The translations under genes were made by a program, and so were the position numbers. DNA of 64,000 nt from NCBI RefSeq assembly GCF_008831285.2, contig NC_045138.2, positions 33,728,001 through 33,792,000 of the forward strand, read 5' to 3'. How positions within the stretch are numbered: position 1 is the stretch's first letter; each line of letters starts with the position of its first letter. This DNA is from Nymphaea colorata. Its lineage: Eukaryota. Shown one piece after another: positions 50,701 to 63,071 of the stretch. Below the pieces are notes generated by a model that made no database searches, was not told the DNA's origin, and saw only the letters and a program-made list of their open reading frames with translations.

Positions 50701-53669
50701 AACCTTTGGACTCGAAGTGGTTTTTTCTTGAGAGTGAACTTCAAGTGAGCGCTGCTCGCCGCCAATGGGCAACCAGGACAGCGCCACGAGGGAAGCTCAC
50801 GGTAAAAGGCCCGGGGAGACGAGAAGAGGAAGAAAAGAAATGAAAATAAGTATTGAACAAATGGAATTTGATTAGTTTCCTCAATCTGTCCTTGTGTGCG
50901 TGCTTTTTGGTGGGTTTGTATCTCTATGAGAAGGAAACCAACATTGGTTTAGAGTACAATCAGAAGGTAGATTTCAGCTACGTACATCTGGAGAAGATAA
51001 AATCTTACGATAATAAAATCTTCCCCGTCAAACATTGCACGACCTCAGCACCAAAAGAAAACTCAATAGTATAAGCCAAATAACAGATGCTTAAATAATA
51101 TATTTCTTACATGAGAGAATAGCAACATTCGTGTTTACGAATATAAGTTAAGTGTCCTTACGCGTACATATGTATGCAACGCAATCGCAAAGGTCATCAA
51201 AAATCGATGTGATAACATGACGTTTTGATGCGACATCTGACTTCAAGGTTTTTAACCCATACGAAAGCTGCAGACGACCTCAACTCGCATACGGTTCCAC
51301 ATGAAAGAAAAACAGAAAACGAGTGAAACTCTTTTCTAAAGCATCAACTACGAGGCGACGTCCTGATGGAGGTGAGATAATGCGGTGGAAGGTCAGGTGG
51401 AGGAGACTCCTGCAAGGGCTGGTATAAGCTTTTAAAGAGAAGTGAAGTCAGTTGTTGGCGGTGTCGTCAACATCGAGTTCGCGCATGTGAATCATTTTAT
51501 TAAAAGATACAGAGAATGGCATGCATCAATGGTATGGGCAACTCTAAGATGCCTCTTTATCTAGCTTAAAATGCAATCCTACTATTTTCACCAGAAAAAG
51601 ACTCAAAGAGGCCAATATATGGGCTGAAATGGCATATCAGCCTTAGTTTTACCAATTTTTTCTTGCCCCTTTGCATCGTTTCAGTGAAATGATGTGTAAA
51701 TCGACTGATAGGCCGATAAAAACCGACGCTGACAACTACCGTTGGAACTTGGATAAACTACAGGCAAGCAACGGATGACAGAAAGGATCCTCAGAGAGAG
51801 AGAGATAGAGAGAGGATCCAGTCTGGCCTACAAGAGTGTCGCTTATCCGCCAGAGGCAGCTCGCAGGTGTCACTGATGGAAGATGTACCGTGGCTCATTC
51901 TAGTCCTGTCTCTGGCTATTTACGTTGCACTTCTGTCTTAAGAAATCATGCATGCTAAATAGTAAATACCCGCTTGAAGGAAACGAGCAAGAAAAGCCAA
52001 AAGCTCTCATATAAAAGGTAGTGAGAGGCCACAAAGAACAAATGCTTCTACAAATATGAGAAATTAGATATTACAGCATCTCAAAAGCAAAAGAAAATTT
52101 GACCCGCTTGCCCCCTTAAAGATCATTACAAGAAATGAGAACTAACAGACGTGCTTGGAATTATAAAAGGTATGGCCCATACAAGCACATCTTCAGATTA
52201 ACCACCCATTTGGGTGAAAAAGGAAAAAGGTGTTGACAAAGATTTTTCTAATATACAGCACCTTGGGTGAAATAAAATACACTACCTACTTGGTCAACCG
52301 ATTGGAAGTAAAAGAAAAATAACGGTACATGTATCCCCTTTCTTCTCTGCTCTTGATCATTCAAAAGGTGCATTCAAATCCATGAGCTGGTTAACTTTGC
52401 AACTCTCCTTGAAGCGAACTTCCAATATAGCATATATTATGCTGACTGCAGATTGATGACAGCACAAAGGATAAAAAAGAAAAAGAATAAATGGAGAATC
52501 AAGTTGACATCCCAATCCATCTGAGAAAACCGCCATCTAGACCTTTCTGTAGAAAGTGCCAGTTGCGTCAAATAATTTGCACTTTGAACCCACCTGAAAT
52601 CATCAGAACAAGGAAAAGTAAAGCAAAACAAAGAACCAAGAAAATGCACTCTCTGTTATCTTAGAATGAAAATCATAAGTTATAAAAACGATATAGCCAC
52701 TAATTAAGCCAAATATGCAGGTTAAATAATGAAAGAGCATTTTAAAGGGACATTTTGAGAACAAGATTGCCAGCTGAGAGCTGCAACAGAGGTTTGTTTT
52801 AAAGCTCCGTAGACATGCAATAGCATAGTTTGCCTAAAGCTACAGCCACTCCAAGTAATCATCCATAACCAAAAAAATCAGGATATGATGACATCAATCA
52901 GTCAGGAAAGCTTAAAATACAGTTACCAAAAGCCATGATCCTTTGTCCAGGTCTCCCTGCTATTTTGAAACTAACCAAATAAGCCAACACTAACCTTTTC
53001 CAGTAAATGACAAAAGCAGACACAACATAAAAGGTCTACAAGGGGAGGAATTTATAACTCAATGTTATGATGAAACTGATTGTAACTCCCATCACTAGTA
53101 GGCTCCCCTCTAACGAGGTCAACAAGGAATTGATAAAGAATGGTTGATTTCATCAACAACAAACTGAAACTTTTATCAACAACTCCTACCAACACAGAAG
53201 AATTCCCATCTTCAGGAAACTTTGTCTAAATACAGATGAATCCTAGGGAAAATGTCACTAATGTGTGTTAAATAGTCAGAATGAAAAATCAGAAAGACAG
53301 AATATTCATACAATTGACTCGTTATAGTTGTCCTGATCTTCATAGGTGGAAAAGAGTTTTTAGCAAGATAAGGATGATACCATACAGAGAGAGCAGACAA
53401 AATTTACATAACAAAAAAAAGGAAAAGGAGAAGAACAAGATTTGAAAAGTGAAAAAACTTGAATCAAGGATCTTCCATATATCAGAGTCTAGGTCACATT
53501 GGTACGGTGACTTTACCCAAGTACGAGCACAGCAGTGGCACATTTGGATCGGTTTCGGTAGGAACCAATGCAAACCATAATTGTTTGTTTTGCTTTAAGT
53601 TTTAAGCATTGTCTTTGTAATGTATTGAGTATGAATTTTGTTTTAAATTTGTGTTTTTGTGGAATCTTG

Positions 53670-53706
<37 letters not shown>

Positions 53707-54999
53707 GTAAACACACTTGTGTATATATATATCTCATCCATACATTCTTTTTTGCCACATCTGCATAAATCGCCATATCAGTGCCCGTTTCCCCATACAT
53801 GCCTATGTGACTTAGATCAGAATGCTACCAGCAAAAACATACTTCACATAGTTATTAGATTAAAGCTTCACTTAAATAGAAAAAATAATGCTATTGGTGT
53901 CTATTCACCTCAAGCAAGACTAAGTGGAAAGGTTGGAAAAAGAAATCTCACATACCGAAAAAAGAAGTAAACTAAATGAATATCTTAAACATTGGAGCAC
54001 ATGCGTAGGTACATTTTTTAATTTGCATACAAAATTGGCAAAAATCATTCACTAAAACAGTAGATTACAGTAAACATTTGGAGACAAGAAAAGAGACAGA
54101 TTATTCCCATCATTGCAATATAATTTATACTTATATAGCCAACAGCTAACACCCAAAAGTGATCAGGAAAGACACATGAAGACTTTCTAGATTGGCACAA
54201 CTTGACACAAGGAGCCTATTTAAACAGCATGTTCTTTTCACAAATTTTAGGTATCAAGTGACCATAATTTTACCCACCAAATATATATTCAAATTTCAAA
54301 CATTTAACCTACATCTACATAATATGTTTTCAGAATTTCAAGTTAAATGAACAATGATAATTCTATCTACACTGTCAAGAAGTTGCCATTCACATAGTGA
54401 GTCTGGACTTGTTTTTGGCTCATGACATTGGTTAACTGTGAACATGAGCCCATCTTGAACAACACTAGAAACTCAGGAATTGTATACCAGCTAAAAGACA
54501 TGCAAAGTGAGAAGCCAGTCGATGAAAAGAGCATGACAATATCAACCTCTCACAGAAATGGTTGGTTACACATGTTCAGATATAGACATATACATATAGA
54601 TACATGCAAAATGCACAAGTATGTGATGTTTCTTCATTCAATCTTATTGCATATGAAGTAATAGACTCCAACTAAGCTAAACATCTAAAGCACTGCCAAA
54701 GGTTTAACACCTAACTATACACTTTTGGGTAATTGCAGGAAAAAGGAAAAACAGACAAAAAAAATAAGCAAAGAACTTTTGACATCAAGGATAGACAACA
54801 GGACGGTAGAAGATGGATAAATGGGTTAGCATAATTTTAGATGTTAGTCAACGCACACATCCTCTAGATAGAAGTCAAACTGGAAGTTTCACAAAGATGG
54901 TCATAATCCATGTAAAGATAATACGAAGGCGAAGTGGAAGCACTAGCCATATCAATTCAAGCCTATTATGACCATAATTATGGAAATATCATTAAATTA

Positions 55000-55457
55000 C
55001 TAAGTCACATGGGTACTTCAGTAAGGTCTACATACCCGTGTCGTTGTACCTGTACCCAAAATGGGTACTTTGACACTTGGGTACCTATAGATCCAAACTG
55101 CTTAATTTTACTTTGATTTACTTTTTCTCACCTTACTTTTTATTCTATTCTTTGGAATCTTAGATGTGAAAATTCAATTGATGTTCATATTTGACTAGGG
55201 GGTTGCTTGGTTGTCCATATGTTTAAAGTTTTTCATAGGTTTCTTAAACACACTGTTGCATGAGCCGTTGATATATATTTTCTATGTTATTTATTTGTTT
55301 ATGTTGATGTATATTCTTTATTTTGATACATATTTTCTAAGTATTTCTTATTGTTTATATATATATATATATATATACGGCCGTACTCCCGCACATAAGT
55401 TTTTTTAAAATAGTCAGTACCCGCACCCGCACCAGTACCCATACCTATGCGACATAG
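55000..55457. mobile_element. MITE with GTACCC subterminal repeats
   Basis: Imperfect terminal inverted repeats CTAAGTCACATGGGTAC and ATACCTATGCGACATAG, similar flanks CATTAAATTA/CATTAAAAGA, AT-rich core. Confidence 0.7.
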
Positions 55458-55801
55458 CATTAAAAGAATAATAAGATTTCAATATACATTATTGTGGTTA
55501 TAGTCATTGATGCAAATAAAATCTAAAACGATAAAAGAAAAAGTCAATTATCTGTAAAAAATTTTCTAGATATCGATTTTAGAGTGCTGACCCATATGTT
55601 TACTATCTCTTGCAAGTATTTCAAAGATATTAGAGTTCAGGTATGCTCTAAAACTTAAAAGAAAGCCTTCCCATAATACATGAAACCATGGAAAGAGACA
55701 CCTTTTCCGTGAAATCTCGAACTTGTGCATGAAACACTTTGCTTTATAAAGGGAACAATAGTAAAAAGGATAAATAGGGAAATGGAGTAAACATCAATAC
55801 C

Positions 55802-57999
55802 TTAACGCATGCCAAAAATCTCTTCAGGAGGGTCATAAACATGGCGATCTGGAAACATCTCCTCAAAATCTTGTTTAACTCTGTTTCTCAGCAGAGGATG
55901 TGGAAGTAGCCCTTTCAACAAAATTCTGAAGGGCAATTCCTGTGGTGGCTCAGGAGACTTCTTCATATCTTCATATATATTCATGGCATCAGCAGGTGAA
56001 CCATACTTCAGAAAGCCTCTAATCACCTCAGCATAAGTTTGAGAATCAGGAAACAGGTCATCCTTCCTCATCATTTCCCAAACTTGCATTGCGTCATCCA
56101 TTTTTTTACAATTAGCCAAGGCAATTATTAAATCTTTGTACAAGTAAACATCAGGCTTGTACCAATCTTGTTTCTGGATTATCTTAAATAACTGAGAGCC
56201 AAAAACATTATCAGATAAGCAAAGTCCAAGGATAACACAAATAATAAGCAAGTGCATGAAAAACTTGGGAACTACAAACCCAAAAAATTGTATGATAAAG
56301 ATCTTAAAGAAATGCCTATACACACCAGATCAGATTGAAATACTCAACAACATTTACAAAGTTGAAGAAGTCATTGAGGTAGATCACAGATCTCAAAAAA
56401 AGATTCTAAACTACTCTTTAGGAAATCTTGAATGGTGAAGGATTCCAACATTGTTTACACAAGTATGACGGAGTAGAGGAACTCAATAGAAGAAGTTAAT
56501 CCTGAAGGAAGAGCCCACTAAGATACGTTGATCGTAAGCCTTTCAGGGAATGGCACAAACTAGTGTACAGTGTTCCGTAGTAATTGCATATCCAAAAGAA
56601 ATATTATGCAGCAAAATTTCTTTAATTCAATTATCCTAGGACCAAGCTATGAAAATCCTTCCACCTTAGCAAATCAATTGCGATGACCATTGAAGCAGCA
56701 AGACAACCGAGTAACATGAAGCAAAACAAAATAAGGAAAGTTCACATTGCTGACATCCTAAAAATTATAACTTGCGAAATGACCTCCCGACACTTAGATT
56801 CCAGAAGATTGGCACATCCTCATGTTAAAAAAGGTAAACTGAATCAATCAACCACAAATTCCGTTAACCTCCAAAGCTTAGATCGCCAAAACCAATTCAC
56901 CAACTAACCACTTTCAGAAATCTTAGCAGAAAACCCCCAGTAAGATAAAACGCATAATGAGAGCAAAAAATAACGGAATTAATGAACATAAATCGAACCA
57001 AGGGAATAGATAAACCAAAATCCACAAAATCTTTTTCACGTCTCTATAGGTGATTTGATAAACCAATGACTTTTTTCCATGTTCTAGAATACTGTTAACC
57101 AACACCTTAACTAGTCGATTACGAGAAACTGGATCAGATTTTGCAGTTTTTCTTCTGTAGTACCTCGACGTGACATAAGCGTGAAAAGTCCAACAATTCA
57201 GAACTGAAATTAGCACCAATCCAATCCCAGAGGTCTCGCCAGAAGCAGGAAAGTTGACAAGAAAACACGTTCGCCTAACTAATTGCATAAGCTCACAAAA
57301 ATTCTCAAAACAGGAATTGCCATCTACTAATTTCAGAGATCTCGCGTAGGAGGCAAAAACCACATTCAACTGTTGAACCAAAGGAAAACATAAAAAGGTT
57401 CCCATGAGAGACGGGAGACAGCAAAAACATGCCTCGCGAGGACTCATAAACGCCTAAAATAGAACAAAGCCATCCATAAGGGCCCGTTAATCTTCAACAA
57501 CCACATTACAAAGACAAAATGACTGTTTACCAATTCAAGGAATCCAACCAAAAAGCATGTGTGACGAAGATAGATGGAAAAGAACGAATGAACGGACCCT
57601 GAGAGCCAAAGGAACCTCCTGCTGCCGCTCAAGCTCGATGAGGACGGCCACCATGTCCATCTTCAGCAGTCTCAGAACGTGCGTCCTGATGAACTTCTCG
57701 AGATTGTCCTCATCATCCTTGAACCGCTTAAGCCCAAGGATAACGAAGAGAGCCTCCTTTCCAATCATCTTCTTCCCTCTCCAGAGGGGGCCCCTCGGCC
57801 TTCCGTCGTGATAATGGCGGATCCAGACTGAGGCGCCTTGTTGGCAGTGACCGTCGGAGCAGAGAAGACGGAGGAGAAGCGACTGACGGGAGGAAACCGG
57901 GTGATGGGCAGGAAAGATTCGTCGGGGATATGCCGCACTCCGAAAAAATCCGGCGAAAATGGCAGAGGATTTCGACCTCCAGAAGGATCGAGACGCCAT
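55802..57999 (-). CDS. THA8-like short pentatricopeptide repeat protein (At3g46870-like), 2 coding exons
   Basis: Exons 57999-57598 and 56191-55802 (phase 0). Transit-peptide-like N-terminus, [66 protein letters not shown]. Confidence 0.93.
57028..57187 (-). pseudogene. rps7: Plastid-derived rps7 5' fragment (NUPT) in the PPR intron
   Basis: TTTCACGCTTATGTCACGTCGAGGTACT.. then [41 protein letters not shown], matching the chloroplast Rps7 N-terminus with substitutions and a 1-nt frameshift. Confidence 0.9.
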
Positions 58000-59247
58000 A
58001 GCAGTCGGCCGAAACGCGGGATACGCCCAGAAACCCCTCCTTAAACCCCTCGATTAGTGTCTTTCTGGGTCGACTCAAGGACCCATCACAATGTTCGCGA
58101 GTCGGACAAGAAAGTTGGGATTCGGGACATGGTTACTAGGACACTGACTCTGTTATAAAGTTTGCTTCTTGTTTCCAAGCAGATTCTCGCTTCCCATCTC
58201 CTTCGGAATGTATGGTGCCATCATCTTAGTTGGCAGAAGCCAAAAAGAGATTGACATGAAAACTCTAGATTATCTCAACTTAGATACAAGACTTTGTAAT
58301 AGTTTTCAAAAACTTGCTCATTTAGTTTCACTTCAGTGTCATTTTTATCATTCTTTCATTTACTGGCAAGTAAAGAACCTTCAGTTCCTTTAAACAGAAC
58401 CTTCAGTTCCTCCAACCCCTGTTCGTAGGGTTGAGAAAAGAATTAGTCAGGCATCTTTTGTTTCGGTTCAGCTTGACTTTGGCTTGCAAACAGTTTGCTC
58501 AAACTCATGGAAGAGAATTCTCATGCTAAGTATGAACGATAAGTATTCAGCTCAGCACAGGTAAACTCCATAAAAATGATCCTTGGGTTATTAATACAAT
58601 TAATTATTAAACATAATGCTTCTTTTGAATTTTGAAAACTGACGTGAAGCCCAATGACTGCTTTGATGGCGCTCGTGGGCAAGAAGCTGAACGACTGCTT
58701 ATCTCATGATGGTTCAGAGTTCAGACTTTCATATGCTCTCTTCCTTACAAATACCCTGGTCTTCATGATGCCATAATTTGCGAAGACCATGCGACTTCCT
58801 GTCCTCTTTGTAAACGTTCTTTCTCGTTCGTATTGGTCGATGATTTCGAAAAAAAGACAGGCGTGATCCTCGTCATGAACTTGGTAACTCAGGGAAAAAG
58901 AAAAAGAGAAAAAGGCAGTCACCATTATGACACTATCTCTAATTAGGCCAGTTAATTGCTTCCTTTTTTATTGTTCTCTTGTTTTAGCTGAACCAGATAT
59001 CATAGATTATGTTTTTTGAAACAAATTGATGGTTTTATTTCAGTTGAACATGCGATGGCTTACAAAGCAATCAACGGTAAAACCTTCCATAAACACTGGT
59101 TGTAATATGTTACAGAAGTGAAAAGAACCATACAAATGTACTAATTGACACCACATGCAGCAGCATACGGAATTCAATTCTTTCTCAGTTGAAAGCCAAG
59201 CAAATGTTTTCCCCACTCAAATTTAGACAAGCCAACAAGCCAAGTCA

Positions 59248-61185
59248 TTACGTTGTCTGAAAAAACTTTTCATAGTTTCCTGCCATACGTGCTGCACCAG
59301 ACAGGAGTTTAATTGCCATATCCTCCTCTTCAAATTCAGTCTTCCATTTGTTGGATTCAGCATCATACGACATGCGCGTGGACGTCTCCAAGATGTAGCA
59401 GTCGATGGTAAGGTCATCTTCCCACGTCTGTAGAGCTACGCTTCGGTACAGAAACTCGAAGTCTTTGACACTTCTTACTGCAAGTGATATGTCGGATAAG
59501 CGCGTTAAGCTTAAAAGTTCATGCAGAGTAGCTTCTTGACTTCGACTTTCAGTTTGCCAAGCAAAGGAGCTAGCCCGCATTTGGAAGATTTCCATATACT
59601 GCAGTTTGCATATAACTCCATTCGGAATTCTCCTAAGAAGAACTGTGCAAAAGAGAAGCAGTTGTCTTAGTTGAGTCAGTTCACCAATCTCCTCCGGTAA
59701 CTCCTCAAGTGGGGTGCCAGAGAGATCAAGCACAAGTAGCTGCCTGAGTGCCCTTATATGCACTATATTCTTCAAGCGTCTGTTAAGCCCCAAGTCAAGT
59801 GACCTAAGCTTCACAAGCTTGCACACCGATTCCGGTAGACAATCCAGTTTAGTCAATGACAAATCTAGAAACCGAAGTTCCGGCATCTGGCCGAAGAATT
59901 CAGGCGAGATGCTGCTCAGTGAAAGGTTGCCCTGAAGAGTCAAGGCAGTGAGGTTGGGGCAGTTTGGATTTTGGTTAAGGCTAGTTATTTGGTTTCCTGC
60001 CAGTGATATCCTCTCGGCTTTTGCCCATGCTTCCTTTTCAGGGGCCTCAAGCAGTGTCTGCCCTTTCTTAATTAGACATTTGGAAGATTTCACAATTATA
60101 GCCAATTTTTTCATCATACAGTTGATCGTAACTCTTCCTCGATCATCAGGCTCGTCTAGCAGTCCTGCATCCGATAGTTTTTTCACTAGAGGAGCACATT
60201 TTGAGAAGACCTCTGAAAGTGCCATCTCCTCGGTAAAATCTATATAGCCTTCTATTATCCAACGTAACATCAGACTGCGCACGCTGATCTCATTGTCTTT
60301 GAAATAGAATGGGGCAGCAGAGAAGCAGTCCTTCAAAACTTCACTTTCCAAACGATCGTAGCTGAGTTTCAATCGCGTGAACAGCTTCTCCCATGTTCTC
60401 TTCACAGGCCTAGAGTGCATCAGATCGCTTAACATCTTAAGCCAAGCAGCCTCATTATTTTTACCTGTCATGGCTTCTCCTACGACCTTAATTGCAAGTG
60501 GCAAGCCGCCACACTCTGCAACAACGTGTTTGGCTATTGGCTCAATTGCTGGCTGCTGCACCACATCGCCAACTTCTCTGCGTAGGAGCTGCCATGCAGC
60601 TTCCTTTCCCAAAGGAGACACGTTAATGTCCACCTGGGTATTCATAAGATTGCAAACTGCATGGTTGCGCGTAACTACCAAGAGTTTGCATCCATTTTCT
60701 TGAGTAGGCAGAGGAACTCCAAGATCTTCAAGACTAATCATCTCCCACAAATCATCTAAAACAAATAAGAATTTCCTCCCCTTCAACTTGTCATATAACA
60801 ATGCTGCTGCTTTCTCCTCATCCTCTTCTTCCTCAAGTCTGCTGAGGCCCAATTCCTTTCCTATATCATTCCTCAGAGTTCTCAAGCTCCCTCGATACGA
60901 GGCATTGACATAGAACATGTAATCAAACAGTTTAACTCTTGCTTCTTGAAGTATTTCAACCACAGACACATAGTAGGTCTTTCCAACTCCAGCCATGCCC
61001 CAAACTCCAAGCTTCACTACTTCTGGATTCAATAAGAACAACATAATTACTCCCTTCATGCCACCTTCCTCCTGCTCCATTTCTCGATTATCACTTTCAG
61101 CCACATCTGCGTTTTCCGGATCCTTCCGTGGTCGCTGACAGAACAATGTAGCAATCCTTTTCAGGATTGATCTGGAACGAGGCAT
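59248..61185 (-). CDS. NB-ARC-LRR resistance-like protein (RPS2/RPS5-type NB domain), short N-terminus, degenerate MHD
   Basis: Single ORF from ATG 61185: P-loop GMAGVGKT, kinase-2 FLFVLDDLW, RNBS-B GCKLLVVTR, CGGLPLAI, LKLSYDRL, then AERISL..N and several LxxLDLS repeats. Confidence 0.92.
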   Translation of the reverse strand: MPRSRSILKRIATLFCQRPRKDPENADVAESDNREMEQEEGGMKGVIMLFLLNPEVVKLGVWGMAGVGKTYYVSVVEILQEARVKLFDYMFYVNASYRGSLRTLRNDIGKELGLSRLEEEEDEEKAAALLYDKLKGRKFLFVLDDLWEMISLEDLGVPLPTQENGCKLLVVTRNHAVCNLMNTQVDINVSPLGKEAAWQLLRREVGDVVQQPAIEPIAKHVVAECGGLPLAIKVVGEAMTGKNNEAAWLKMLSDLMHSRPVKRTWEKLFTRLKLSYDRLESEVLKDCFSAAPFYFKDNEISVRSLMLRWIIEGYIDFTEEMALSEVFSKCAPLVKKLSDAGLLDEPDDRGRVTINCMMKKLAIIVKSSKCLIKKGQTLLEAPEKEAWAKAERISLAGNQITSLNQNPNCPNLTALTLQGNLSLSSISPEFFGQMPELRFLDLSLTKLDCLPESVCKLVKLRSLDLGLNRRLKNIVHIRALRQLLVLDLSGTPLEELPEEIGELTQLRQLLLFCTVLLRRIPNGVICKLQYMEIFQMRASSFAWQTESRSQEATLHELLSLTRLSDISLAVRSVKDFEFLYRSVALQTWEDDLTIDCYILETSTRMSYDAESNKWKTEFEEEDMAIKLLSGAARMAGNYEKFFQTT

Positions 61186-62559
61186 CTCGAGCACTGGAGC
61201 AAAAGTTGCACAAGAATCAGCAAAACAATGGGTTGATTCAGAAAAATGGAGGGACAGCAAAAGACAAGTTAATGTTCGTGAAAAGTAAAGAACAGAGAAA
61301 CGGCAAGTCCATGAAATCAACTAAACGTGTTTGCATCTTCGATTCTGAAAATTCACAAATATTCAAAGCAAGAAGCTAATTGAAATGAATATCAGAAAGA
61401 GCGAACCCCATTGAATCCAGTAATTGTGTTTGAAATTTTGAATCCTTGATGCTGAAGTTCACAAGTTTAGTTATCAGAAGAAGCAAATTTTGTTCTATGA
61501 TCTCTCTCTCTTAAAACTTCTAAAATTTATGCCATATTAGTCCACCTTCGAATCCAACTTTTGACTCTAATAAATCCACAAGACAACCCCCGCGTTTCTA
61601 AACGTTTAATTGAAGCCGGAGCCCATACAGCGTGTGGCCAACTGCCTGGGCCTCAGATCATTCTGCAACATATAAAAACTTATAATTGTGTATTATTTTT
61701 CTCTAAGCTACAAAATTACGTGCTTATGTGTTTTCAAAGTAAAAAAGTGTTTCATTACACGATGTTTTAATAGTGACAATGAGGATTACGTTTTGAGAAT
61801 GATACCGTAAATCGGCTTTCTTAATCGATATGAATCGGGAACTCATCTGATAGTTGTCAGCAAAAATATATTTGTCAGAAAATTAAGAATGCGCAGCTCC
61901 CTTTGAGGTTCGAGGCAAAATGTAGTCTCTTAATAAAGATAGACCAAAATTGTGTGGTTATTTGCATAAAATTGTGGCTTTCAATCTCTCTCTCTTCCTC
62001 TCTAGCAGATAGCAGATTGGGTTGATGTAACTTCTATTGACATATTTAGACTTTCAATTGACAAAATCAATTTAGTGGAATATATAGAGAACTGCCATTA
62101 AAGAAGTTACTGTATTCAAATAGTTACTGTGACACTGAAATTATAAGGTCAGTCGCATTTTCAAACAAATATTCATATACCTTGAAGAAAACAAATTAAT
62201 TTGGACTTCCTTTCTCACAAAGCCCCACTCCTCTAAAAGTTATTTGTAGATATTCAAAAGGTGGCATCGCTTGCTTCACTTGCAGTCGATAGAAGGGATA
62301 CACATGTAAGAAGCCACTTTTTTTTGCTCATTTAAGTTAACCTCATATCAGTCCATTTCCGGCATCAAATACATGTTAGCACATTTCACATAGTTAGCAG
62401 CTCCGTATCAAGACCATAATCACTATCATCAACATCAATATCATCGTCATGACCATGAATAATATCTAGGAACTTGATGGGCCGGCAGAACATATGCAAT
62501 GCCTACATCTGAAATTGGGCTGCAGGGTCTCCCCGAATCTGGATAATAGATGCACTTAG

Positions 62560-62710
62560 TGCCCGTTTGTTTGCAACTGTTTCATGAATCCGCCCAAAAG
62601 CTATTCCAAAATTTCATGAATCCACCCAAAGGTTGATTCAAGTTTCATCAATCTGCTTCAATCTTTGGCTCACATTCATGTAACAATTACATGGTGTTCT
62701 GTTTACACAT
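62560..62710. repeat. Dispersed MITE-like repeat family (TGTTTCATGAATC motif)
   Basis: GTTTCATGAATC recurs here and at ~63775-63790, and in reverse (GATTCATGAAACA) in both AAP 3' UTR copies at ~7432 and ~8485. Confidence 0.5.
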
Positions 62711-62981
62711 GAACCTAGAAAGGCATGTGCCTCTCAATTGGACAAAAGGCAACAAGAGTCTTGTTCCAACACATGCAAGCAAAAGAGAAAAAGGCAGTTC
62801 AAGTATTAGATCCAATCTCTCTTGGACATGAAATTAAACGACGGATCCTTTGAGACGTATAAACTGGGAACCATATACGAACACCAGCACATATAAAGGA
62901 AAAATATACCAAACTTCAATAACACGAATGTTATACATCCTTCTTCTAACAGAGGAAAAACAAGAGGAAGGATTTACTTAC

Positions 62982-63071
62982 ATATGGAAGATTTGTTAAA
63001 GGATGGTGCGGAAGAATGAAGAGGGAAGGATGGGAATTAAAGGAAGAGATGATTATGGGGTTATATATATA
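62982..63071 (-). promoter_or_regulatory. Candidate NLR promoter and non-coding first exon
   Basis: TATATATATAA at 63071-63061, CT-rich leader, donor AT|GTAAGT at 62981. Acceptor TTTTGCTCCAG at 61194, with only 8 exonic nt before the NLR ATG. Confidence 0.5.
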
